Part shown: one piece after another, positions 11,752 to 22,948 of the stretch | Layout: each line of letters opens with the position of its first letter | How positions within the stretch are numbered: the stretch's first letter is position 1 | Source of the DNA: Takakia lepidozioides | Lineage: Eukaryota > Plantae > Bryophyta | Direction of reading: 5' to 3' | Length of the DNA: 64,000 bases | Assembly: GCA_030704615.1 (NCBI GenBank) | Contig: CM060734.1 | Location: 40,424,001-40,488,000 of the forward strand | Translations under genes and position numbers: made by a program | The notes under the pieces: model-generated | Seen by the model: only the letters and a program-made list of their open reading frames with translations | Database searches by the model: none | What the model was told of the DNA's origin: nothing

Positions 11752-12926
11752 TGAGAATAAAACTATAATCAACCCTAAAGAAAAAGATCAATCAGTCTAG
11801 AGTTCGTTCGCTGGGGAAAGCACTATACGACTATAACATAATGATGCCCTGTTATTCTATTTCTCTTCATTCTCCCTCTGAAAACGTTCTACCATTACTT
11901 ATCTCAATCTATAGCAACTAAGATCCTACCAATTTCAATGATACCTCCTCTACTCTCTATCAACTCTATCCCATTATATGAGATCAAATACCATTGCTCA
12001 TCTACTACTCTTCTCCAGTAATCTATCTGATACAAGATCAATAGCTCTCGATACCATCCTTTATTCACCAACCATAAATTGATTATCTCTTTGTCACCAC
12101 ATTGCAGTCTTTTAAAGATATCTAGCGACAAACTATTAGGTAGACCAGTAATTAATTCTACAGGATATGCTATCCGTTCTTTTCCACACATCACTATCGA
12201 TCACTTTTTACCACCAAGTTTGTTTCTTCAGTTGCTCCAGGGATTTTCCTTCACCAAAATTATGATTCCATTCTCTCATAAGTTCAGGATAGCCTTCAAA
12301 TGGTCTATACCACTTCTACAACCAACTGTGCTTCCAATAACAACTCCTGTATAGAATGGATATCTCTCTATACCATCCTCTATTGACTAATTGCAATAAG
12401 AATACTTCTTTATCGCTACAACAAAGCTTCTGAAAGATTATTATCGATAAATGATCTGGTAATCCAGTGATCAACTCTGATATTTCTTTTATTCCTCATC
12501 ATTGCTTTCTGCCATGCAAATGATTTTACTTCACTGTTGTACTCCTACCATTAATCCAATTGAAGATGCTCTATCTTCGTTTCCTTAATCTGCTCCTTCT
12601 TGAACTCTGGATATCCATCTATCGATATTTCTCTTGGTAGACCAGAAACTAATTCTCATACCGAATTCTTATCTTCTTCATTTGTGCACATTCTCACCAT
12701 CTCACATAATTATGGTTCTTCAATTCTTTCACACAGAATCACATTCTCATTCCATCACTCCATTCTTCACATATACACAAAGTGAAATGCATTTTTTTTT
12801 TTCTCTTTTTTCTTTTCTATTCATTCATAAATCACAACATTGCAAGAACGCAATACTAAATCTACCATTGAAGAATAACTCTATAGTCTATCTCCTACTC
12901 ACTCTACTCTCCCTACTCCGGTCACA
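11752..12926 (-). repeat. 5' LTR
   Basis: Direct repeat of 8395-9572; the PBS follows it on the minus strand. Confidence 0.9.
11904..12191 (-). CDS. Small F-box-like ORF inside the 5' LTR (95 aa from ATG)
   Basis: MCGKERIAYPVELITGLPNSLSLDIFKRLQCGDKEIINLWLVNKGWYREL fits the plant F-box pattern LIxGLPxxLxxxIFxRL...LxLVxKxWxxxL. The 3' LTR copy has G->stop in NKGW. Confidence 0.55.
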   Translation of the reverse strand: MCGKERIAYPVELITGLPNSLSLDIFKRLQCGDKEIINLWLVNKGWYRELLILYQIDYWRRVVDEQWYLISYNGIELIESRGGIIEIGRILVAID

Positions 12927-14849
12927 ACTCTTTGGCTCAATTGACCCCGTCTGCTTCACATAAACGTAATATATAGCAGAGCGCTCCAACAACTGTAATA
13001 ACCGCTCAAACTCCTTCATCCATCATTTACAATTATTTATCCATTTCTTCTATCATCTAGTCCATGATAGACTATCGGCTGCATACAGGATATCAAAGAA
13101 CACTGCTCTATCGCAACAATATCAAAGGTATCGCAGAATATGTCAATGATAAAGATATTAAAAAGTTCTTAAAATTGTCACTGAGTCAGAAATTCCTATT
13201 ATTCTACAAGGATCTCGATGTGAAGACATATAATGATGTTGCTATTTTGCCGACGTGGATTTGGAGTCTAGTGAACATTCACTGGAGTTCAAGCCAGGAA
13301 CAGGTTCGCTCGCAGGTGGAGCACTTACTGACCGTGTAGCGTATAGGCAAAGACCTGAAGACCTGCAAGTACATACTGGTACCAATAGTTGAAGGGTAAG
13401 TGTCCTACGTTTCGACTGTGTATCTACCTTGGATGGGTCTGCCTACATTGCTCTACAGTCATTGGTCTACAACATTGGTACTTGGCATTGTCTTGTGTCT
13501 GTCAAATCATTTTACAGCTTGTTTGGAAAGCTGATGCGTCGCGTAGTGTGTCAGATGTCATTGGAGTCTGGTGATTGTTGACCAGGTGCGCCATGTGTTC
13601 ATTCATCTAAACTCAATGAAGAAATTTCACAAAAATGTGGACATACAACCATGGGTTCGAATTGTGTATGGACAATGTCTCGGCTTAAAGCACATGACCC
13701 CGGAGTGGAACAAGGCCACTTCATTCAAGTTTAATGTCCCTGAAGTGCCGCAACAACCCTTTTCGTGGGAATGTGACTTTTACATCATGTCATTTATCAA
13801 GGGGTTCTGTGACTGGTTGAAGGGCGACTGTGGCGGAACATTTAGAAAGAGAGGAAAGCCTTTTACCTCAGAGTGGTTTACATTCCGCTATGCTTGCAGG
13901 CAACGCTTAAAGTGTGTTGAGTACATTTTGAAGGCACTTAGTACTATGGAGAATGTAGCAGTAGAGAGGCAATTGTCATCGGACAGAGTCTTCTGATGTC
14001 CGGGTTATTTCTTCTAGGCCTGGCAATAAATGAAAGACATGTCCTTTGCTTCGTCTTCTCTCTCTCTCTCAACGTGGCTGAATCTGTCGAAGCCTGAAAT
14101 CAGACCAACATATACATTGCTCTAATCCTTTGGAGGCTCAATAACTTCATGATCCCGGTCATATATGCTTAGTTGTGGTGGAAGAGATCATGGATGAGTG
14201 GCAACAAATTACTAGAACAACTACGCTATATTACAGCTTTAATATTATGGGATAGTAACTGGTCCATGCACAACAGTCCGAGCTATATGTGTGATGAAAG
14301 ATACAGTCCATGACATGTTATTTCAAGCAACATTCCATGCACAACAGTCAACAACATTTCCTGTCATGGGTATTGACACGCCCTGAGTAATGCCCCACTA
14401 GTCACACAAGACAAAGCATTTTAGCTATGAGACACTTAATTACAGGAACAAGAATGCACCAGCAAGGACATGCTCCACATTCGCTTCTGCTCTCTGAGGG
14501 CCCAAAGCTCAACAGCCATGTGCTTGCTCAAACAAACGCCCTCCTCTGCATTTGCGCCAAAGTGTTTGGATAGACTCTCCAGTAAAAAATATGGCCCAAA
14601 GTGACAGACCAGTCAAGTGTAGACTGCTAACAGACCTGAAAAGCAAGCTCACAGGTACTAAGAAACTTCCACTGCGGTTGTGCAGAGATGAGTATCATAA
14701 ACCATGAAGTGAAGAAATTCTTCAGTTCTGAAAATCCATAAACAGTGGACTAAATTTGGTAAATGATCAAATCATATAAAACGCCTGATTCATTTTATTT
14801 GGGCAGCTGTAGGAAATTGGACTAATGGACAAAAATAGCTTTCTTCTGA

Positions 14850-14950
14850 TTCCAGACAAACAGCTGATTGTCATCCCCTTGAAAAACAAGCTCTTGATCA
14901 CCACTTGAGGCCATAGACCTCAGACTGGTGGCCAACAAGTTGTCATAGAA
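14850..14950 (-). pseudogene. CCS52/FZR (Cdh1) WD40 gene fragment, copy 1
   Basis: LVGHQSEVYGLKW...DDNQLFVW resembles [30 protein letters not shown]. Confidence 0.7.
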
Positions 14951-15159
14951 AAGAAAGAATGTGAAAGATGTCTACGGGCAGAAAATTTCCTTGAACCTGT
15001 TTCCAGTCTATGACATGGGTGAGGCCATCATGGATGACCTCAAGGGTTTACCCACTCTCGGCACTAGATTGAAATTCAAAGTCAGGGCAAGTAGCCTACC
15101 TTTGAATAGCAAACAGACGCAAAGAGGAAAGTGGGATTGTAATCGCCCGTTGTGTGGGC

Positions 15160-15750
15160 AACCTGAATTCCAACCTTTTGAATGTCTGCATGGACTTCCT
15201 TGCCCATCTCCCAGGCTGCAAGGCTGGCACAGGCATTGGCAACACAGACAACTGTGACTTTGTTAGGGGTCACCCCTTGCTGTATCATTTGCTCATAGGT
15301 CTCCAAAGCCTCTCTACCACACCTATGTTGGCATATCTTGTGATCATTGTGTTCCGTGAGACCACACTGCATTGAGCCATATTGTCAAACACATGACGGG
15401 CATCCTGTATGGATGTCAACATGGACAACTTTGCCCTTCTCTAAGGCTGCCAGGCTTGCACAGGCACTGACAATGCCGATGAACGTAACCTGGTCCGGTG
15501 TCACGCATCATTATGTATGATGACTATTTTACCGGGGCGAACGAACTCGTTTCGGAACTCAAGTCAATATGGGGGCGTTGTCATGTATCATTTTCTCATA
15601 GGTCTCCAAAGCCTCCTTACCAAACCCATGTTGGGCATATCCTACAATCATTGCATTCCATGACACCACATTTCGTGTAGCCATTTTTTCAAAACTCCGT
15701 TTGCATCATATATGCTGCCACATTTACAATACATGTCGATGAGGGCAGAT
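15160..15750 (-). pseudogene. PLS-class PPR gene fragments
   Basis: SALIDMYCKCGSIYDA..VFEKM..RNVVSWNAMIVGYAQHGFGKEAL and GREALETYEQMIQQGVTPNKVTVVCVANACASLAAWEMGKEVHA; frameshifted. Confidence 0.85.
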
Positions 15751-15899
15751 GGTGAGTACAACAGACATTACCTGTATTCACTTATATCTTCATTGACCTC
15801 ACTGTCCAAAGAATAGTTCATGCAAAACCAGCCGGCTTAAGAAGTAAGCAGAAGATAAACCTAACATTAGTAGAAGGTTTAGCATAGAATCAACTTCAT

Positions 15900-16125
15900 A
15901 CACCAATACCGGATGCAACAGTCAGCCGTCCCCCCACCCGAAGCTAGCAAGCCAGGTTGATGTGGTGACCAAACAATGGCCTTCACTGCTGCAGTATGCT
16001 CACTGAACTTCAACCAGCTTTCAGTTGATTGCTAATGAACTAGACAAACAGCTGATTGTCATCAAGCTCTCAATCATTATAAGAACACTTGAGACCACAG
16101 ACCTCAAATTGTTGCCCAACAAGTT
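15900..16125 (-). pseudogene. CCS52/FZR (Cdh1) WD40 gene fragment, copy 2
   Basis: EVCGLKCSYND*EL..DNQLFV* followed by LKFSEHTAAVKAIVWSPHQPGLLASGGG/TADCCIRYW, the Cdh1/Cdc20 HTAAVKAIAWSPH...LASGGGTADRCIRFW motif. Confidence 0.85.
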
Positions 16126-16699
16126 GTCATAGAAAAGAAATAATGGGTGATAGAATCAACTTCATACACATTATCGGGCGGTGATGAACAATGGGGCAAT
16201 TCTGGAACAAAGATTGAGTCAATCCCAGTAAAAGCAGGAAGATGAAAGCAGGTGGTTAACTTGTAGCTTACAAGGGTCGGTGAGGGTCAAATCATGAGGA
16301 GCAGTCACATAATTGATAGAGTAGCAGGTTCCCCGCCCGTGTCCAAACATGTCTCCACTGCCTAAGCAACCAAAACACCAGTCTGAACAATGCAAGAGAA
16401 CAGGGAGATGACGAATTTGCCAATTTCTAACCCCCAAATAAAGTAGTTTTACTCACGTTTTAGAGGCATTCAGAAACAAACAGGAACAGCTACCTGTGCA
16501 CCTCAGAATCACATAGACCAAGTAAAGAAGACAGGAACTTGTCCAACACTTGGAATATTTGAAGGACAATTCCACCCGCCATTGCACTGAAGCCCCTTCT
16601 GGAACAACTTCTGGCTTGCACCCAATCAATTTGTTTCCAGTTGCAATCATGGAGCAAAAGATAGCATGAGACATCCCACTCACTGAATTTTTTAAAAAG

Positions 16700-17271
16700 T
16701 CGGAGAAGGACGTGGAGGAAGTGAGAAGAATGGTGCGGTTTCGAGGCCAACGCACCAAATTGGCATGGGCCCTTCTAACCATCGTCTACGAAGCGCATCA
16801 GGATCACATCATGCACAACAACTTATCCCCCGACAATGTTCTATTGCATTTCTCGAGTTATAGTGAGGATGTGTACATCGGGGTGTGTGATTGGGGAATG
16901 TCATCATCGACGATGACGGAAACCTCCAACCCGACACCATATGCTTATGACAGCCAAGATGACATCAACATGGAACGTGCATTGCAGATGGTGGATAGCG
17001 CCGGAACTTACGATGGTGCATAGTTCATCAAGCAAGTTGGTGGATGGGACACATTTTAGGCCTTCTTATAGCATGGTTTGAAGCATTTGCCGTTGGCAAA
17101 ATTGCCTCGGCAATTAATGACAACAACCAAATGGATGTTCAGCTGTTCAAAGACACTTCAACGGGAAATTGTTTCACCAGAGCACTGATGGGACTTCACG
17201 AGAACCTAGCAACATACCGATACACCCCAAAGACGGTTGTCGATCGTTTCAAGGGTGGGCTATTCAAGTGA
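16700..17271 (+). pseudogene. Divergent intronless protein-kinase-like pseudogene
   Basis: IMHNNLSPDNVLLHF (catalytic loop, D->N), YIGVCDWG (DFG equivalent), and RWWIAPEL after a frameshift at ~16985 (APE motif). Confidence 0.7.
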
Positions 17272-17879
17272 CCTATACCCACAGAAACCATGAATAGACC
17301 ATAGAGTACAGTCCGAGAGAAAGTCTTCGTGCTGTTTTTGTAAATATTTTCATACTCTCCCGGAACATAAAATCCCTGACGGACAAGATACGATGTTCTT
17401 CCGGGACCATTTTGGATGTAGGAGACCAGATTGGCCGAGGACGGTTGCGTCGAGAAGAAAACAAAAGCACTCGTGTTCATTTTCTGAGCCACAAAGGCCT
17501 CCAGTATGTTCACATAATCATTGGACTCAAATACGATAGAGTCGTCTTCAGAAACTATATTGACGAACACCATCGCATTGGGTGCCCGATACGTCTATAG
17601 GATAGAATAGACCATAGATTCAAACACATTAATTATGCATCAATAACATCGTACAGTTCCAAAGACAAAGGTGTATTGAGATCATGCATGTACTAAATAA
17701 ATTATCATTGTAAATAGTAAATTGTATGTGGTCGAGCACTACTAGCTAAAATGGATTGTTATTCTATCTATAGTGAAAGCAATCTTTCTAGTATATGCCA
17801 TGAGAATCGTGTTTAAAAAAAATGGATCAGATTATGGATGCCTATTACAAAAATCTATAAACCTTGAATAATAAGTAAT

Positions 17880-18720
17880 ATAGTATTTTTCTAGTTCTTA
17901 TTCCCATATTAGAAACAAGTGCAAAAATTGTTAGGAAACATTTGTTTTCTATGCATACAATTATCAAAAATTACAAATTGCTATATATTAAGTTTTGGAT
18001 GCATGATATAGTGGACCTACAGACATATATAGGCAATTGAGGTGACATTTGCATTTAAAATATATTTTGTATCTTATGGATTTTGACATTAAATGCATTA
18101 ATTTGTTCTAATTTATATTTTATTATTTTTATTATACATATCTCATTGGTAATAGTTTTATCTATTTTAAATAAATAATATGGACAATAACTTGTTGCAG
18201 CATAAAGATCAAGAATATATTGTGCATAAGTCTTAGTTTGCCACAATGGGCTAGAGTGTATACGTGTATACCAAATGCATTATTACAAATGTCTTTATAT
18301 GCTCATTTTAAGGATAAAACAGGTTTTTGCAATGTAATACATAAAACACACTATGCACACACACACACATATATATTTTGTAATAATGAATAAAACTCAT
18401 CATATGTAATATCTATATCCATATCTATTTCATTTAACTCAGTGAGTAGTAGTAACATCAATCAACTATTGATCATTGAATTGAATTGATGACTGGGGTC
18501 ATGGTTTTGGTTGTGTTTAGTTTGAAATAGTTATAAATTCTAGTTAATTAGGACTTTATATATTTATATTTATATTTTTGTTGGCATTGGGACTGCATAT
18601 TGTTCATATCACTATAATATGAATCCATAATTAATTCACAAGAGCTACAATATTTATTGTTGTGCGTGTGTAAGTTATTTTTTAATTAATATTATTCTTA
18701 TTTTCTTATTTTATCATTAT
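17880..18720 (-). mobile_element. Helitron/Helentron RepHel remnant (Rep domain), heavily decayed and AT-rich
   Basis: WQTKTYAQYILDLYAATSYCPYYLFKIDKTI matches Rep WxANxDIQY/FILDPYAxxxYxxxYxxK. A downstream QMSxQL...PLYHAS-like stretch and an upstream HTH...C...PMP-like stretch are also present. Confidence 0.65.
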
Positions 18721-18994
18721 ACGTGAACCGATAAATTCAAAAAATCGTATTCATCTCAAATTTAATCCTAATATTGTTTATTGAAAGTGTAGCCTTATTG
18801 ATGCGAGACCATGTATTTATATATGACAATGAACTCAACCGTGTTGGATGGATGAAAGACGAGGATTGTCATCAGCTTTGATAACCAAAAGCCCAAATAG
18901 GTAAAATGGTCAAGCTCACATTCTTATAAACACGTTTCAGAAAAGTAGTCGTTTTGCTACAACTTATAAGCTAATTGACTGACCCACCAGCTGT

Positions 18995-21290
18995 AAAATG
19001 AACAAAATAAATAAAAATATATTTTAAACACTTCTGGTTTTATTTTTATTTTTTGTTTATTTTGCCACTTTTGGTGAAATAGTGCAAGTATCTCAACCCT
19101 AGACGTGCAGGGAGAGAGCTATAGTTGTCACTACTAACGTGGATGGCCCATTGCGTGGAGTTGCATCATCTTTAGAGGATATTTGCCTGACATACTGAAA
19201 TACTAAATACTTGCTGAAGAACTCGGCTGATATACTGAAATAATCAATTAGTTTTTGCTTTTTTTCCCCTCCTTTGTTGCAAACATCATCGTTTTCATTT
19301 TAGAGTTTTGAAATAGATGAAAAGATATGAAGCTTATTCTATGAGTATTTTGTCTTACAAATCTAGATATCATTGTTTTTGTAGCCGATGTGATTCCGCT
19401 ATAAAAATAAGACAAAAATTGAACCCCTGTGGAGTCCATGAAACCTTCATCTTAACATTTTGGCTAATATGTTTATCATGAAATTTATCATAAAAAACTA
19501 ACTATCAAATTTATGAGGTGAGACCTCCACACTTGATCTTGCATTATCCGCTACATCGAATTCAAAGAGCACAGGTGTAAGGTTTAAGAATATCAATTTC
19601 CTCACGATTTGATAATAGAAGTATCACATTAGGTCGATTTTTATCTTCTTGAACTAGTCTTGGAGTTTAATCTACTAACAGTCATCAATCGTCCATTCCA
19701 AGTGCGTCTCGGCAAACTGGGCATTTCAATGTTTTTGTCAACCATTTTGTAAGGCAATGCTGATGGTACATATCAACCATTTTTTTTTTTTTCATTTTGC
19801 CTTGGAGTGGACATGGCGAAATATTTTTGGGACTGAGTGCACAGGTGACAACATGTACAATATTCACCTAGAATCCACCTGGCTACATGTATGCTATGTA
19901 TGTGTTGTGCAATATGACGATTGGACGATGCAATATGACAATATAGTTACTATGGTTTGCTAATTTCTTCAACCGAAGCACCCCGATTTCAAAATCTCTC
20001 TTCGAACACGCTATCATTAGCTCCAAGTACAGTCCCTCGCAAGGTGGGACTTTGTGGTGGCACTCTACTTCTAAGGTTTGTCCTTGATGTGGAGTGCGAT
20101 ACCTCCTCACTCGCCGCACCATAGGTTCTATGCTCCAGCATATGGGCTCTTTTGAATGTGCGACAATGAGTAAGTAGATCATGTACTTTTGAGAACCGGT
20201 GATTTGCACCTTTATCTTGGCACAATAAGCACATTTCAATTCTAAAATATCTATATCTATGATACATTCACCATTGTTGCAGAAATGAACAAAATAAATA
20301 AAATATATTTTAAACGCTTCCGTTTTTTTTTAATCATTTTTTTTTTTTTTTTTTGGGGTCATTTTTGGTGAAATAGTGCAAGTATCTCAACCCTAGACGT
20401 ACAGGGAGAGAGCTATACTTGTCACTACAAATGTGGATGGCCCGTTGCGTGAAGCTGCATCATCTTTAGAAGATATTTGCCTGACATACTGAAATACTAG
20501 CCGTTCTATGCTCCAATGGGCTCTTTTGAATGTGTGACAATGAATAAATAAATCATGTACTTTTGAGAACCGGTGATTTGCACATTTGTCTCGGCACAAT
20601 AAGCACATTTCAATTCGAAAATATCTATATCTATGATATAATTCACTATTGTTGCAGAAATGAACAAAAAAATAAAAATATATTTTAAATACTTTCGGTA
20701 TTATTATTATTATTATTATTGTTGTTGTTGTTGTTGTTTTTTTTTTTTGCCACTTTTAGTGAAATAGTGCAAGTATCTTAACCCTGGTCATGTAGGGAGA
20801 GAGCTATAGTTGCCATTACTAACGTAGATGACCCGTTGCGTAGAGTTGCATCATCTTCAGAGGATATTTGCCTTACATACTGAAATACTAGCCGTTCTAT
20901 GCGCCAACATATGGGCTCGTTTGAATGTGCGACAATGAGTAAGTAGATCACATACTTTTGAGAACCGGTGATTTGCACCTTTATCTGGGCACAATAAGCA
21001 CATTTCAATTCTAAAATCTCTATATCTATGGTATAATTCACCCTTGTTGCAGGAATGAACAAAATGAATAAAAATATATTTTAAACACTTCCGGTTTTAT
21101 TATTATTATTATTGGTCACTTTTGGTGAAATAGTGCAACCCTGGACGTACAGGGAGAGAGCTATAGTTGTCACTACTAACGTGGATGGCGCGTTGTGTGG
21201 AGCTGTATCATCTTCAGAAGATAGTTGCCTCACATACTGAAATACTAGCCGTTCTATGCTCTAACATATAGGCTCTTTTGAATGTGCGAG
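18995..21290 (-). repeat. Left arm of inverted repeat complex: tandem ~380-bp [linker-zinc finger-R] units plus one zf-RING-3' block
   Basis: The R motif (TTCAGTATGTCAGGCAAATATCYTCTRAAGATGATGCAGCT...CACCAAAAGTGGC) occurs on the minus strand at ~19065-19205, 20360-20500, 20750-20890 and 21115-21250. Region ~19065-20290 is the reverse complement of ~23060-24260. Confidence 0.9.
19685..20285 (-). pseudogene. Second copy of the zf-XS-like + RING gene (5'-truncated)
   Basis: EMCLLCQDKGANHRFSKVHDLLTHCRTFKRAHMLEHRTYGAA ... MYHQHCLTKWLTKTLKCPVCRDAL. Confidence 0.55.
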
Positions 21291-22948
21291 ATGGAGCATG
21301 GAACGGTTAGTATTTCAATATGTCAGGCAAATATCCTCTGTAGATGATGTAGCTCCACGCAACGGGCCATCCACGTTAGTAATGTGGTTGTTATCTACTT
21401 GGTTGAGTATTTGGCCGTGATGGTGACCACTTTTCAAAGTTTTAACTATCTCATGATTGAGGTATGTGGGCATTCGGTCACGAAGAGAGAATAGACCAAA
21501 TCCCAATGTGAAGTTATTAATGTTGGAATGATGAGCATGATCATGGTTCTAATTCTCTGGATATAGCTTGAGACTTCGTGATGAATAACAATATAAAGGA
21601 TCCAACTTTTGATTTGTCTTGTACGACTAATTGTCAGTTTATGAACAAGCTAGATTAATATATATTATGGAAGAGAATATGGGTGTGAATGCCTTGAATT
21701 TAGCGGAATATATGGGTGATAAGTTTTATGGAATTGGTAATGATTTGTACTAAGTATCATACTATCAGTCTCTATTTGTGAATTGTGGGAGCTCACCTTG
21801 AAATGCCCCAATGCCCTCAGAAGAGAAGGAGATAAATGCACTATTATATCATCATGAATGGTAATACCAAGAATTTGCGAATTTTCAGGACCTGGGGGAG
21901 CTATGTTTCAGCACGAAGTCTCTGGGAGAGTGTGCTAGAGAAAGAAAACACCAATGAAACCTCAAACTTAGTTAATAGGACATTGGTTATTGATCTTAAT
22001 AATTGATCAATCCTACACGTCTTTGGTTTATCCAATGTCACTGTCATCACTAGATAATTAAGAAAGACACAACATCAACACTTTGAAATATGCATAGGTC
22101 AAGCGTAGAAAATACCTCTTCTTCAGTTTTGTCCTCTTTAAGTGCCCGATAGAATATGTCGATGAGTTTCTCAATTTGTTTAGTGGACATACTACATAAT
22201 AAGGGGACAATGATGTCATATTTGCTCATTGTATTCGTTTGTAGAACGATGGGGGGATGTGTCAGTGTTGTGGGGCAACAATCATAATGATATATCCCGA
22301 GATGATCTCATGAATGAATGATCCAATCATCTTGCCTATGTTCTAGATGTTGGAAATACTTCTGGAATACTTGAAAAAATTATGTACTATTTTGAGCCTA
22401 GATAAAAACTATTTTCATGAAGTCATTTACGAATAAATTCTTTTGATTTCTTCATTAGATACATTCATTCACTATAGATCCACAATACAATAGAATCCAA
22501 TTTGAAAACCACATTTTTGAGTTGAAAATGTCACAATTTATATTTTTTGGGTTTAACAGTCCATAAGAGGCGAAATTATATTTCTGAAAGGTATCATTGT
22601 GAATACGATAGATACACAACAAGCATGGTTCACAAACCGTAATTGTTTTATAACGGTCATACTAAATACATTTCATTCTAGCGACGACCGAAGGTTGGAA
22701 TGGATGGTATGCCGGCTCTCTATCGTTCATGTTGACAACCAATTTGTAGCCCAATGGTCTAATATTTGACGCCTCCTAAAGGAAGCGTAAACTATGGTGT
22801 CTCTTCACCTTGAAGGGTTATTGCCTTCTTGTCTCTCTTGACGTTAAGAAACCTTATCTCATATCTTTATTTCTTTATCTTTATCTTACATTCAAGCCCA
22901 AACCATGTTGTAGCGCAAGAGAAAACTTTCTTTTCCTCTTCTCTCTCT

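Larger units (their letters stand above)
8395..12926 (-). mobile_element. Non-autonomous (pol-less) Ty3/gypsy Athila/Tat-like LTR retrotransposon
   Basis: Two ~1.18-kb TG...CA direct repeats with about 20 differences by eye (~98% identical). tRNA-Asp-type PBS and a gag fragment are present. No RT, RNase H or integrase. No TSD and no PPT found. Confidence 0.85.
7157..13996 (+). pseudogene. Spliced Ulp1-like (peptidase C48) SUMO/NEDD8 protease pseudogene, with an LTR element inserted in an intron
   Basis: Removing a GTAAGT(13397)...TCAG(~13555) intron gives YILVPIVEGCHWSLVIVDQVRHVFIHLNSM...VPEVPQQPFSWECDFYIMSFI, with the C48 His, Asp (here Asn), Gln and Cys positions. An upstream piece SIDINDLKALE lies at ~8300 and a probable exon at 7157-7788 ends in GTAAGT. 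In-frame stops are present. The 5' extent is uncertain. Confidence 0.75.

Noticed and set aside
8341-13060. A|TC...CTAG|T boundaries suggesting a Helitron enclosing the LTR element
   Set aside because: No subterminal hairpin before CTAG; the ends are explained as well by a splice donor (GTATGT ~8375) and a pyrimidine-rich acceptor of the Ulp1 gene.
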